From contig JAQGDQ010000387.1 of assembly GCA_030141605.1 (NCBI GenBank), forward strand, positions 157,225-221,224: 64,000 nt of DNA, written 5' to 3'. This DNA is from Tubiluchus corallicola. Lineage: Eukaryota > Animalia > Priapulida. The notes under the pieces are model-generated. The model did not search any database and was not told the DNA's origin. It saw nothing but the letters and a program-made list of their open reading frames with translations. Below are positions 37,346 through 49,919 of this stretch, piece by piece. Position 1 is the first letter of the stretch. The number at the start of each line of letters is the position of its first letter. Position numbers and translations under genes: made by a program.

Positions 37346-37402
37346 ACTCCAGTGGCACAGTGTGAAAGTTCTAATCTCAAGGTCTTGGGTTCAAATCCCA
37401 TT
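37346..37402 (+). pseudogene. tRNA-derived fragment (SINE head or tRNA pseudogene) in the MTIF2 3' region
   Basis: tggcacagtg A-box-like and gggttcaaatccc B-box/T-arm; cloverleaf incomplete. Confidence 0.45.
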
Positions 37403-39447
37403 TTGTTCATTATTTTTCAGCATATTCTTTTTTAACTCATTAACCATAAGGTTAATAGTGGCGTAATAAATGCAATGGTTTATTAACTTCTGGCATTCAA
37501 AGTCAAAATCTATTTGATAATCTGCATGATTATTAGGCAGTTGTCTTTGAGCTGCATTGACACACAAGCATTTTTATTTATTGTCATTTATAAAACACAT
37601 GAATGTAGTTTTGCCATCATATAGTATCCTTTCTTGGACAATAGATTGCACCAGTTATGGACGTGTTAGTCAGTGTGTGTGCTTTAAACTTAACTGCCAA
37701 CTGCCATTTTGTAAAAAAATGAGTTTGTACTGCATTTCAACCTTGCATTTTACCAAATCAAGTCCAAAATTTAAATTATTATGTGTTTGTCTTGCAATGA
37801 TGAATAAATGGCCAAAAGCTTTTAGGAAATCTGAATGTTTCCTTGGCTTGTTCAGACAGTCATTGTACACTGTCTCGAGGGTTATTTATGCTTTTGCTTG
37901 TTCATACAAATCATTTATCTGTGACTTCAATGGGTGTTGTTTAGACAATGTCGTATGTGACCATAGAGTGCGTAACGAACATGTATTGTTCATACAGGTA
38001 TCTTTTTGTTAGGTATACACATTTACGCTGGTTACAAAACAGCATTTTAAAATAGTTTTAAGTGCCTTCAGAAAAAGGCCTCCATTTTTCTGCATTGCAT
38101 CTTGAGCTTTTTATCCGGTTTGGAAATTGTCTGTGTGAATTTTTTTTGTATATAATTTCTGTTTATATCATTTTTGTCACTGCTATCAGACAAACAATTT
38201 CAGCTGACTGCCGTTAATCTACAACAAGTATTTCTGCATCGCTCTCAGCATTCAATGCTGGGACACTAAAATTATGTTCATGCAACCAAAAATCTGGCTA
38301 TTTTTGACAACACATTTATTGAAAATTAATAAATTATTTCACAAATCACAAGAAATGAATCGATTAACTAAGTATCATAGTAATAATAGCAATAATAATA
38401 ATAATATAATTAACAACGAAATTACAAAATAAAATTTCTTTACTAACAAGTGTGTTTGATAGCAGAGATTTTGTACAATACACTAATCTTTTCAACTAAA
38501 CTGCCACAAATATTCTTAAATATGAATAATTTCTATGCGAACAAGACGTATAAATGCTTTTAAAAACTCACAACGAATCTAGCTCTACAAAAAATTACAA
38601 TTATGACCAATGCAAATGATTGTGTTCTATGCAATATCCCAAAAAACTATTCTACTGAACAATTGTGGCTGATTAAACGTGTGTACATGTGTGTATGTGG
38701 AATGAGCGGTAAATGTGTCGAACTGGATATAAAATGATAATTATGTAATGCAATGAACAAACGATATATATGCAGGTATATAATATGCTGATGAAAACAA
38801 ACGTATTTACAAAATGTAGATGTGTGATGTCATAGTGATGTCGTCATGATGTCATGATACATGTTCACTACTTGCTTTTCTCTTCTAGGAAGCTCATTTT
38901 TTTCTTTCTGTAATTAACTAACACTGCAAATTTTAAAGTCTAAAATACAACACTTTTACAAATGCTGAAACTAACACTTTGCAATTTTAGAATGTAAATT
39001 ACAAGAATGTAGGAACGTTGTATTATCAATGTTAGCTACATGCCAATGACTACAAGTCGTCTACACAGATTCACACAGAAACGTACTGTAACCTAATTAC
39101 AGGCAAACCACGACACATCTTCATTGCTAACATTTCTTTTGATGATCATACTGAAGACAGTGAACACTGATTCATATTTTATGGTCCCTCTGTGCATGAA
39201 ATTGCATGACTTTGACAAACACACATTGTAACGAAATGTTATCTACACTGCACAATATGAAGCTTGATAGTGTGATTTAGATGAAATGAAAACAACGGCA
39301 GTGGATGTTGTATCACACCTCAAGACTACACCGTGTCCTCTACCGTTAGGCCTGGGTAGTTTGGACTAGTTCATAAAAAAGAAGATTCTTACTAGGTCCG
39401 CCATTTTAAGGACCTAGCATCGCCAAGTTGACACAGTTTCAAGACCA

Positions 39448-41549
39448 TTACTGCACGACCAATTGAGTCTGCATCTGGCTCTGAAGCAGTGGTATCACTG
39501 ACGATCTCCCACTCGTCAGCTGTGGCCTTTCTTCCTCCCTCCGCTCATTCTCAAGCCCGCTTTTTTCCGGGCTGCTGGTCCGACACACGGACACTTGTTC
39601 CGCGTCTTGGTCATTTTCGCTGCACATGTTCTCCTTTCCACTGCTGTCTCCTGTACTATAGTCAGAAAGTGGAGATAGAGACTTGCTGTCATCCGAGTGT
39701 GGTGAGTGTGGGTAGGTCACATAAGGATACGACTGACTACTGCCTTCGATATAAAGCCCAGGATCAGATAACGAGCCGCCATCATTGCCTATATCAATGG
39801 GGTTGCCGGCTTCGTCTTTATTTGGAGGACAGCTAGTCGTCTTCCAGTGTGTTTTCAGGCCACTTGCACTAGTATAACGTTTATTGCATGTCTGACATGC
39901 ATATGGTCGCTCGTTTGTGTGCAGCCGTTTGTGCAGCTTCAAGTGCACAAACTGCGTGAATTTCTGTGGACACAGGTTACATTGAAAAGGCTTCTGCCCA
40001 CTGTGTAGCCGCATGTGGGTCTTTAGGTTTGACGTGGAGCTGAAGCGTTTTTGACAGATGTTACACTGATGAGGTTTTTCTCCGGTGTGCACCAGGTGAT
40101 GCTTCTGTAGATGGGCTAGCTGTGTGAAGCCTTTGCTGCAGATCTGACATTTGAATGGCCGCTCCCCAGAGTGTGTTCGTAAATGTACCTTTAAGTTGCT
40201 TAGCTGGCCGAATTCCTTCAAGCAAATGTTGCATTCATAGTGCATTTTCCCCCCTTTCTTCTTCAGTGGATATGGCAACGATTTGAATCCTCGCAAATCA
40301 TCTTCACTAAACTCATACTCCTGTGATGCGTACTCTCTTTCTGCATTCATTCCTGGTAACTCGGTTCTATAGTTCTGACTAGGAGCCGTCAAAGCATTGG
40401 CCAGTCGCGATCCAAATGGAATCGAGTTGTTATACAAATTCTGCGAATAGCCTGTAGTGGGAGAGGCTGGGTAGGGAGGCATTATCTCTTTATTTGGGCT
40501 GAAAGGAGGGGATGTGTTGCTAAGACTTTGTGGTGAGGATAAAGAAGATGTCGGGGAGAGGGATGGTTGGGAATCAGGAGGAGAAAGACTATTGCTTCTG
40601 TAGTCTCGTGGTGGAGGCAGTCTTTCATCAACAGAATGATGAAACATAGGAAGGCCATTATAAGGATATAACCGATGTCGGTCATTTTCTGGACTAGGTG
40701 GTGAGACAGGCCGATTTGCGCTTTCTCTCATATTGTTCTGTAAGATTAATGTAGGTCGTACGACTCCATTATGCACAGGCTGCTGCTGGTCTCTTTGAGC
40801 TATGTTGTTGGGTATTCCGCTGGCAAGTCTTTCGTATGTTCCTCTCTCCACAATCGTGCCATTAACTGGATGCCCATATTGCTGATGTCCATTGTTGCGG
40901 AGTAGACCTTGTTGCATGGCCATTTGTTTCTGTCCAGGTGCCTGTGTTGGTGGTGATGCTGGCGGAGCTGACGGCTCGGGCCGTTCCTGTATACCCCGGT
41001 GAAGTAACTGTTCAATAATTACTGTGCTATGCTTTCTTGGTGCCGGTTGTAAGACATGGCCTATGCCAGGTAGTGGTGCCTTCCGCTGGTCAAAATCTGA
41101 TGAAGGTAATACACTCCTGTTTGCTACACGGGGAGAATGGGGTGGTGTGTATTTCCCATTGTGTCGCTCAATCATGTTCTTCTTCAGATTTGTATAGGCA
41201 CTTGCAGGTGACCTGCTCTCCGCCATTGGCAGTGGATCAGAACCTAACCGCTGACGTTTCTGAGGTGCGTCCATTTCCGATGTTTCTCTTACGTCATCTT
41301 CCTTCCTGTAGTTCATAACGTAGTACTGGGTAGGATTTGGACGCTCAGGTGTTGTATCTTCGTGCTTCTTACTAAGATCCAGAGCACAGTCCTGATCAAT
41401 AGGCCGTGTATCAGGTGTCCTGCACTCCTCTCGATATGGGGAAGTATTCTGTCTGTATTCTGTCTTATTCATCAACTCTATAGATGGTAATTCAGGCCGT
41501 TTTAACTGTGGTAGGTCCTCAGTTCTTACTGGTGGAGGATATATATTAC
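39448..41549 (-). CDS. PRDM1: Blimp-1 last exon: Pro/Ser-rich region, 5 zinc fingers
   Basis: [67 protein letters not shown] and C2HC finger HWKTTSC are diagnostic of Blimp-1; CtBP-like ALDLS motif. Confidence 0.97.
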
Positions 41550-41798
41550 CTGTAAAAATAAATAACATTTACGTTTATGACAAACAGTAACACTATTTAT
41601 TTGCAACATGTGTTGAATTCATTTGAAGTGGATGCAACATAACATAACAGAATATTGTAGACCTTCTAAATTTTGTGCATCAAGTTATACAAATACTATT
41701 CTTTAATTCCAAAGCCATGCTTCAACCTTATGTACATTAGCCAGCCACATTGAAGTTAACTGTGCACCATATAAAGTAAAACGTTTATCAATACTTAC

Positions 41799-42051
41799 AT
41801 AATTTTTGAATCATCTGATCTCCAGTGAGTGGGTAGTTGAGTCGCTCTGCAAACTCCCTGCAGTACCAGACCAGAAGTTCTGTATTTGGCGGAATAGGAC
41901 GGATAGAATAGAAGTAGATCTCTAAGTTGTACTGGCATGCGATCAGGTTCTGCATCGGAAACGAGTGTGCTGGGTTGACGTACCGCATCCAGTTGCTCTT
42001 GTTCGTATCGAAGCCATCGATGTAGTAGTAGAGATCTGTGCCATTGTACAC
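41799..42051 (-). CDS. PRDM1: Blimp-1 PR/SET domain C-terminal exon
   Basis: YYIDGFDTNKSNWMRYVNPA...NLIACQ...ELLVWYCREFAERL; ttgcag acceptor, gtaagt donor. Confidence 0.97.
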
Positions 42052-42372
42052 CTGCAATTTGCAAAAATGTTACCATACTTATAATGCGGAATGATGTGTC
42101 AGCGGATATTCAAACATGCTCATTAAGTGTTTTTTCACTAAATGTACTTAGTAGACTTTATTAGATCTTGGAATCCATTGGAAACAAAATCTCCATATGT
42201 AATCTTCTGTGATTTTCCTATAATTCTAACAATCTAATTTAACTATCACCAACTTTCTCGAATAGCAAAAGCCAAATACAATTATGGTGCTAACCACGTC
42301 TGTTAAAACCTTCTTCTCATTTGCTGTTCATGTTACATTTTTACGCTAATTACGGTCTTCTTGAATACCTAC

Positions 42373-42666
42373 CCGCCAGAAATATTTCCGGTTAGCGTCC
42401 TTCGGCACATTGTCTTTGGTGAAGATTTCCCCGACCAGCGGTCCAAACCGGGTACCCCGAGGGATGTACTCCGTGCTCCAGACTCCCAACACATCAGTGA
42501 GTGTTGCTGATGGTTTTAGCACAAGGTTCAGGGGAAGAGAGGCCTCCGCCCTTGGACATGTACTATCTGTCACAGGGCGGTCGGGTGTTATATATGTACA
42601 TAGCTGCTGATACTCGTGCTCTCGAATAGTATTTATAGCAAAGCATCCGTTGTCTAGAATTTGTAC
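42373..42666 (-). CDS. PRDM1: Blimp-1 PR/SET domain N-terminal exon
   Basis: RAEASLPLNL...GVWSTEYIPRGTRFGPLVGE...NRKYFWR; ttttttccag acceptor, gtaggt donor. Confidence 0.96.
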
Positions 42667-42913
42667 CTGGAAAAAAAGCATTGTTTGAAAACGTTTGTAT
42701 TAATTTACTTACATGTTTTGCCAATATTCTTCATGATTGTCCTTGTAAATTTACTTACTCTCTCGTTTAATAATCACAATATTTCACTACAAGAAAATCA
42801 TTTTCTTTAGTATTGACAAACAGATATCTTTGTACTAACTACAGATTTGGTACTAACTGCAGAATTCGAAGTACAAATTTACAAAAGGCAAAATATCAAA
42901 ATAATTAACTCAC

Positions 42914-42994
42914 CATGTTTAGCTAATTATCCCACATTGTGAAGGCTCAACTACTTTAACTGCGCTAGCCTTCCTCTTCGGGTCTCTAAATAAT
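42914..42994 (-). other. PRDM1: Blimp-1 exon that is 5'UTR except for the terminal ATG
   Basis: tttcAG acceptor; ends aaacATG|GTGAGT in phase 0 with the next exon; in-frame TAG 6 nt upstream of the ATG. Confidence 0.65.
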
Positions 42995-43872
42995 CTGAAA
43001 TAATCGAAAAATTGAGTCTAATTCCAATTCCACATTCATACTAATAACGATACAACAACATATTCATTCTTTAATGTCACAATAATTTAAATAGAATTAA
43101 AATCGTTGAGAAATGTATGAATGATCGAGCCAATACAACTGGGATTTAAGTCATTTTAGGCTATAAAGTAAAAAAAGATTTCAGATTATGAAGAAAAGAA
43201 CACCGACCCTGTCAATAGTTTTCTGTGAGCACAAATCCACGTGTGTTTGTGGATTCAGTTTACCTTTGCACTTATCTAACAAGAGTTATAATAAAATCGG
43301 TAAAACGTAAACAAAGTTACTCGTATTGACTTGCTGTTCAATTTTATATGAATGAACTGTGAGTACGTGGGTGAAAGCACTTGGGTATTTATCAATTCCG
43401 TGAACTCATTTGCAGTTACACCACCACAAGACCAGCGAGAAATACAAACATTACCATCGTATGTTATCGCACGTATAACTCATTCTGTTGTAAATATGTG
43501 AATATATTTATTGCTTTTCTTATTTTTATTTTGCAACGTAAAGTAATCACAATGCTTGCACGGTTCAGTCAACCCTTATTATTCCGAGTCATTTGAACTT
43601 CTATAATTTTGGTTAATGACAAAACAATCAACTAATCCGATATACAATTCAAATCCATACGGTCAATTTTTGTTCTCGCACTGGATTGGCAGTGTATTGG
43701 AAACGTTTGAATATGTATAAAGACAAGAAATACCCATTTACATCCAGTTGATCCATTTACAGATCAGGTTCTACATTGCTTAACTTCAGTCGCGATACAC
43801 AGTAATTGACTCGGCACTCTTTTAAGGGAATTTAATGGCTATGCATTTGTCAGATCCCTCTGGAAAACTCAC

Positions 43873-43970
43873 CTTAGATTGATGACTAGATGATGAGATC
43901 CGTTGCTGGCTTCTTCTAATGTTTCTTCTGATAGATAAGCTTTGAGCAAGTTACCTGATTATTTTCAGTC
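43873..43970 (-). other. PRDM1: Probable non-coding 5'UTR exon of Blimp-1
   Basis: Strong acceptor ttttttttttgttgcAG, donor AAG|GTGAGT (alternative CAG|GTAACT near 43955); no ATG. Confidence 0.55.
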
Positions 43971-46171
43971 CTGCAACAAAAAAAAAGAATCTTAAATTTT
44001 TTGTTTTAAAAGTTGGCATGGTTTCCTAGCATCTAACAATACGTAACTAGCTCGAATTTCTAACAAAGTTAATTTGTGCAATTGTGTCATTCCTTTATCA
44101 GTCTTTATAAGGGAATAAAAGAAAAAAGAATAGTTACCATAAGACGTGTAAAGGAAACAAACGGAAAATAATGAGAGGGAGAGAGAGAGAGAAATGGACA
44201 TGAGAAAAGGAAACAGTAATTAAGGAAAGAAAGATCGAATAAAGGAAGGTTTACGTGCTTTTAAAGTTTTCATTCAAAGTTTTTTCATTATCTTGTTTAT
44301 TAATTATTTTCAGTCTTGTTCCTAATTAAATATACATTGGTTGCAATCAGCCGCCTTGCAATCAAGGTTGAACACTGCGCATGCGCCGCATTTAATGGAG
44401 CAGCGCGACATTGCCACTTCCTTACAATGCAGATGCGCAAAAGTGGGACAATGATCGCATTTGGCCTCGCACTCGACGCGACCTCCCACGTACGCGAGGG
44501 AACGCGGCGTATCCACACCGAGGACGCGTCCTACTTAAACTGTGAGCGTTACAACAGACTTAGTGTTTTTTAATTGTGGACTTTAATGTTGTTAGTTGCC
44601 GGTTTTTCTTTCACACTTTTTAAATCATTACGTAGGCAGCAACTGATTGTAGCCCCTTGAACGCAAATCACACAAAAGTGTAATTTAAAACTTTAAAAAC
44701 GTAATGGATAGACAACAACGAAAGGGAAAACAATTGAGGTGTTTGACAAATTCAATTTTAAGAAATTTGAAGTTTAAACGGTCCGTCCTTTGAAATTTAA
44801 ATTCCGAAGTTTCTAGCAGTTTCAAGAGGAATAAGACAATACTAAGCTGAGCACTACGTAGATTTGTAGCTGGTCTTTCCTAATGTTTTTGGTGTAAGAC
44901 ATCTGTTCATTAGTTAATTAGGCTTAGCAATTGTAAAACCCAAGAAAGAGATCACAAGTTACCGTATGCAAAGTCAAATTGCTCGTCTCAGTACAATAAC
45001 TAGGTCCAAACATTACGAAACGATGTCGACGACGACGACGATGATGATGATTGTTGATGATGACGATGGTGATGACAACAGTCATGATTTCTTAATCACA
45101 CTGATTGTTCAAAGTGTTCAAGGCAGTAAACGTTATTAAACGTTAACTTCTTAAGGATTATTTTGTGCAGTACATGCGTACATAACACTTCGGCAATCTA
45201 AAACAATTGCCGTATTTACTCTACTATAAGACATCTTTCGTGCAAAGGGTACTTTTCGTTAAGCTGGTACCTTCAAGCTATATTTGTATTAAACGCGTTG
45301 TTTGTGAATGGTTTTCACTTGCGTGATGGGCAATTTAAGCTAGGTTCGCACCATTCACGTGGTGTATTCAGAGATGGCAGCTTATTAACTCGCTTATGAG
45401 TTATGCTCATAAGTGATCTATTGATATACAGTATCTTGTTTATGCAACGTATGTCGGAACGTGTAATGAGAGTGCTGTTACTGTTGCCGTTCCTAGATAC
45501 TCAATATGATTTCAACTTGCTAAATGCAATTAGACAAATGCCCGACTAAAAAACTGTAGTACAGCAGAAATGTACCGCTAAGAAAGTTTATATTTACCGC
45601 TTAAGATGCATTCACACTACTAGCTTTTTTGTACTAACATGAAAGATTTCATAAAGGTCAGAAACTTCTCTACATCAGTTTAGACGTCCATATTAAACAA
45701 GAGATTGTATATGCAAGGTCTCCGCTGAGAACGTTTGCGCATAAAGTCAACTTAATTGTAGGAATGGTCAGAATGGCCTTGATGTAAGACAAGTAACCAA
45801 AGCGTTGCCTCCAGAAATCGAGATAAATGCAAACGTTTTCATCGGAATACAATGCAATTAGTTCCTAAAGTGCACACAAGGACTGGACACTTCTGGGGAA
45901 ATTTAGTCTTCTTTTATTAGTCTACGCTTGCGCTTGAGTTTTTCCTATAACGCCTGTGGGTATCGCTTTCCTACATCACCTAGTAAAAGATAATGATTTT
46001 TCCCTGCGACATAACTCCATTGACACCTGGCTGAGTAAATGGGATTATTCCTTCGTTTGCTTAAACTTGATGAGACAGTTTCGATTTTTCAGCCGTGTTG
46101 TAACTCCATTGTAATCAGCGGACATTGACTATTCGGTTACCCCAGAGTGATTTAGACGTGAAAAACTTAGA

Positions 46172-46181
46172 CATTATTATT

Positions 46182-46214
<33 letters not shown>

Positions 46215-46233
46215 GCTGTTGTTGTTGTTGTTG
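46172..46233. repeat. (TTA)/(TTG)n microsatellite
   Basis: Visible directly. Confidence 0.95.
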
Positions 46234-47949
46234 TAGGTAGAACTTTCGGCATGTTCACGTGGTTTTTGCGCAAACTACCATATGTCTTGAGTTTCGACTA
46301 ACAAGACCTTCATTTGAAAGCCGATTCCTCCGGGGGCGCAGTTGTTCCACTCCATGAAAATTCTTATAGTAGCTCTTGGTTTACCAATGATATTCACCAT
46401 TCGAAACAATGATTTTTTTTATAGTTCTACGTGGATCGTCACCATAGCTTTTTTAACCGCAATCATTTCTTACAATGTCAAAAATTCAGATAAATTGAAT
46501 GCATCGTCGCATGTCAAAGGTCACTTTACCCGTTTTTTCCGAAAATTTAAACGCCAAGTTAAAATTTTTATTTTTGTTAAAATGGGTGCTACGTCGGGCA
46601 GAATGGCGTGCTAAAGTTTAAAGTCTTCTAGTGGCGCTTGCCATGCAAGAAGTAGCGAATCAATGTCACACTTTGCCTTGGAGGCTTGAGCGACGTTGCT
46701 TCCTTATTGAAATAGAACGATGTCCGCCCTCAGCAATTACAAGACTCGTATGCTTAGCAATTAACACTTAATGCCTAAGGCTAATTTATTCCTTACAGCT
46801 AACTGCAAAAAGTTGTATGGAGTACATGTGCCATCTTCTAAACAAGCAATGCATTTCAAATCAAAACTATGAAACGTTTAAATTGCCTCCGCTGAGGGTT
46901 GACCAGATTCTGAGAAGAAAATGAAAATCAGCGTCTAGTGAATAAATTCTACTGAAATAAACGGTGTTCTTTGATTTATTTGCCCTAAACTCTTTAAATA
47001 GTTTTAACAGCAGTGAAATTTTGCTAAAACAATATGGTTTGACGCGCATTCCAACTCTAAAAACTCGTTAGCATTGAAAAGGAAGCCGGTCTAACTCTTG
47101 GAATGTAAAGCGACCGTTGGCCAATTGATGTTTTTGCAAGTTATGTATTGGTCAAAAATTCTCCCCCTACTTCAGTTGGATTAAGCGTGGATGTCTATAA
47201 GTTCTGTCTTTGACCGCTGCCTATCTGCGTTTGTCAATTGACCATTGGTCAAATCCAGCTTACACGTGCGTAAGCACGCCTTTCAGAAGTTGTCGGATCT
47301 TAAGAGAGAATTCTTCTGAAAGCAGTGAACTTCACTAGAAACCAGAAGGCTTTAGTGATCGCTAATTTGGCTTAAGATTACCTAAGCTTTTTGAAGATGC
47401 CCAAGTTATGTGTAGACTACGATCATGTATGAATTTCATATATGAAATCTCTGGTTCACTTATGACTGGACAGACATTTAACTCCAACTAGATCCTGCTG
47501 TTCATGCTCTTATTAAGTCACAAGGAAAACCAAAAGTAGCTCGCTTTTAAGAAGTCGAAACGAAATTTCATTGATCACTTACCACAAATTTGTAAACGTA
47601 TAATCCGAAATAAAGCTAGATTGAATAGAACTGCGGTGCTTCCAAGCCTTGAAATAGATGTCTGAAGTTTGATACATACAATTCAACAATTAGTAGAAGA
47701 GAGTGCTAACACGAAATTATGACTACTAATTGACGCGGATGGGGGTTAGTATACTGGACGGAATACTGAACACGAAATCATCCTTTCCTCAACCCGCTCA
47801 CATGTTTACGTCACTGGATCTAACATCAAAATATACAACTACTAACTAACCACCACATTTTGCATCTACTTCGCGTCTCCACACTTTTTTGATACTGTGG
47901 TAACCTTCGCCTAGCGTCGCCTGCTATATGTTATATTGTAAACGAGGAC

Positions 47950-48340
47950 AATGCGCCGGTACCATTCACAGTCACACTTTTTCAGCCAATCAGCGTGAGC
48001 GGCGCCACGCCGCTGGCCAATCAGAGCGTTTCTGGCAGTGACGGGACGACCTGTGACGCACCTTGCATAGCAATGAGAGCACAAAATGAGAAATTAACAC
48101 CCCAGTTCTTTCTAGCTCTCTCTCTACAGCACCCTACTCTCATTACTTCCGTAATGTTGTTACGCATCACAAGTTGGCCTCGGGCGTTCGTAGACCGGTA
48201 CGGCGCTTTTTTTCTACGGCAGTAATAACACGGATTACAAGGCGATGGAGATAATCTATGCGTTTGTAACCCGAATAGAGAGTGCTCCTAGTAAACTTGA
48301 GTGAAAAGTGAAAGTTTGAACAGGCAGGAAGTCAAATTTG
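47950..48340. promoter_or_regulatory. CpG-rich promoter/enhancer-like segment upstream of Blimp-1
   Basis: Two NF-Y boxes (agccaatcag, ggccaatcag) about 31 bp apart, tgacg half-sites, AAGTGAAAGTT at 48306-48316, caggaagt ETS site. Confidence 0.5.
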
Positions 48341-49450
48341 TGCAGCGGTTCTTTCCGCATTTAGCCAGTGTCACATTATTCATTTCTCAAGTGCAACCTA
48401 CATAAACTGCAGTTAATAAAATGACAAAACGGAAAGAAAAGAGGTCGGTCTTTAAAATGTAGTAAGAAAAATAAAACGTCTCCCTTCATCACTTTAGTGT
48501 AATGATTGTCATATTAATAATGCCAGAGGTGTAATAATACATAATGTATTTTATTTTGTGACAAAAGTGTAAGTTCAATACTTAAAAAGCGACGATCTTA
48601 AAAATATTTATAAAATTAATTATTACAGTCATCGTTAATGATATCTATTGTCTTACAAATTATGATAGTGTCTGTCGTATCTTTCCTTAAAAGCATTTAT
48701 ATTGGGGGCCAACACTATATACTCAGGTACGCTGTTCCACTGACAAACAGTTCTATTACTAAAAAGGAACTTTCTTGGATTATAATGTGTCCTATTAGTT
48801 AGTTTAAACATAATTTATTTAGGATTAGATCAGGCAGTTTGTACAACATGATTTAAGATATTCACCACAACAGACTTTATACACTATTTACAAGAACATT
48901 TACAGTAAGAATAGACTATACTTAGTTTTTAGTATACTTTAGTATACTAAAGTTTTACTACAGTGATACATTAGACATTAGTAAAAAATGACGGTTAGTA
49001 AATATTAATGTACGATTATTTAAGAATGATGCATTTTATATCAGATAGAAACTACTGGCAGCGTTTAGTACATAATATAAAGTCATGTATACATTGTATC
49101 AGTTTCAATAGTAAGACAGTGTCCTCGTAAGCCAGGGTTCTTAATTTGAATATTGTTTCATAATTGACATTATTATGACCGTGAACAAACGTGAAGACCT
49201 CAATGAGATCACCTCTTATTCTCCGATCTTCGGTGTAATAATTACATACGCGCTTACTGATTTAGAAACGGATAATTGATTAAAATGTGGATTTCCCTTA
49301 AAACTTTTTATATTACCTCTCTTTTTCGTATAACGTCGCAAAAAGCGGCCCTACCAAGGTTTCTGTCATTCTGTTCGTTCTAGGTAATGACAGAAACCTT
49401 CTTAAATTTTATTCATCTAGAGATTCTAGACAAAATACAAAAAGGAAGTA

Positions 49451-49723
49451 CCGTATTTTCCCGCGTGTAAGAGACCCTTTTTGCTCAGAATTTTCACTTT
49501 AAAAATAGGGGGTCTCTTATACATGGGAGTAAAGCCAGAGGTCATTATTAAATCTTTCAAGAAGTGTGGCATCTCCAATGCCATGGACGGCACAGAGGAC
49601 AATGCCATTTTTGAGCAGAGTGACTCCTCTGATGATGAACTGGCTGGAATTGCTGAAGGTCTGACTCCAGTTGATATTTTTGATGAGAGTGATGAGGAAT
49701 TTAATGATTTCTATGATGAATAA
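49451..49723 (+). mobile_element. Internally deleted pogo-family transposon: left end fused to transposase C-terminus
   Basis: ta|ccgtattttcccgcgtgtaag terminus. Peptide IIKSFKKCGISNAMDGTED with an acidic tail is typical of pogo transposase C-termini. Confidence 0.8.
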
Positions 49724-49834
49724 AGTTATTCATTACCAAAAAACATGGTAATGTAAATTGCAGGCGTGTAATACATGTCATCGTTAACATCATATCAGCC
49801 TTATAGGCTTCATTTCATATACGCTCAGATAATT

Positions 49835-49919
49835 GACCTCTGTTATAACGAAACTCGGTTATAGCGAGCAAATTTTGACGGTCCCTTGAAACTCGTTATA
49901 AGCGGATTAGATTATACTG
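49835..49919. mobile_element. Tigger-like terminal fragment
   Basis: gttataacgaa...ggtccc...tcgttataagcgg...actgta is a typical right end. Confidence 0.55.

Larger units (their letters stand above)
39448..42916 (-). other. PRDM1: PRDM1/Blimp-1 gene, coding span (4 coding exons, about 883 aa)
   Basis: Exons 42916-42914 (ATG), 42666-42373, 42051-41799 and 41549-39448 sum to 2652 nt. PR/SET domain plus five zinc fingers. Confidence 0.95.

Noticed and set aside
38340-39447. let-7, miR-125 or miR-9 seed sites in the Blimp-1 3'UTR (known in vertebrates)
   Set aside because: I found no convincing 7-8mer seed matches by eye.
39489-41318. Antisense and alternative-frame ORFs over the Blimp-1 large exon
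   Set aside because: Expected shadows of a GC-richer coding exon; no motifs.
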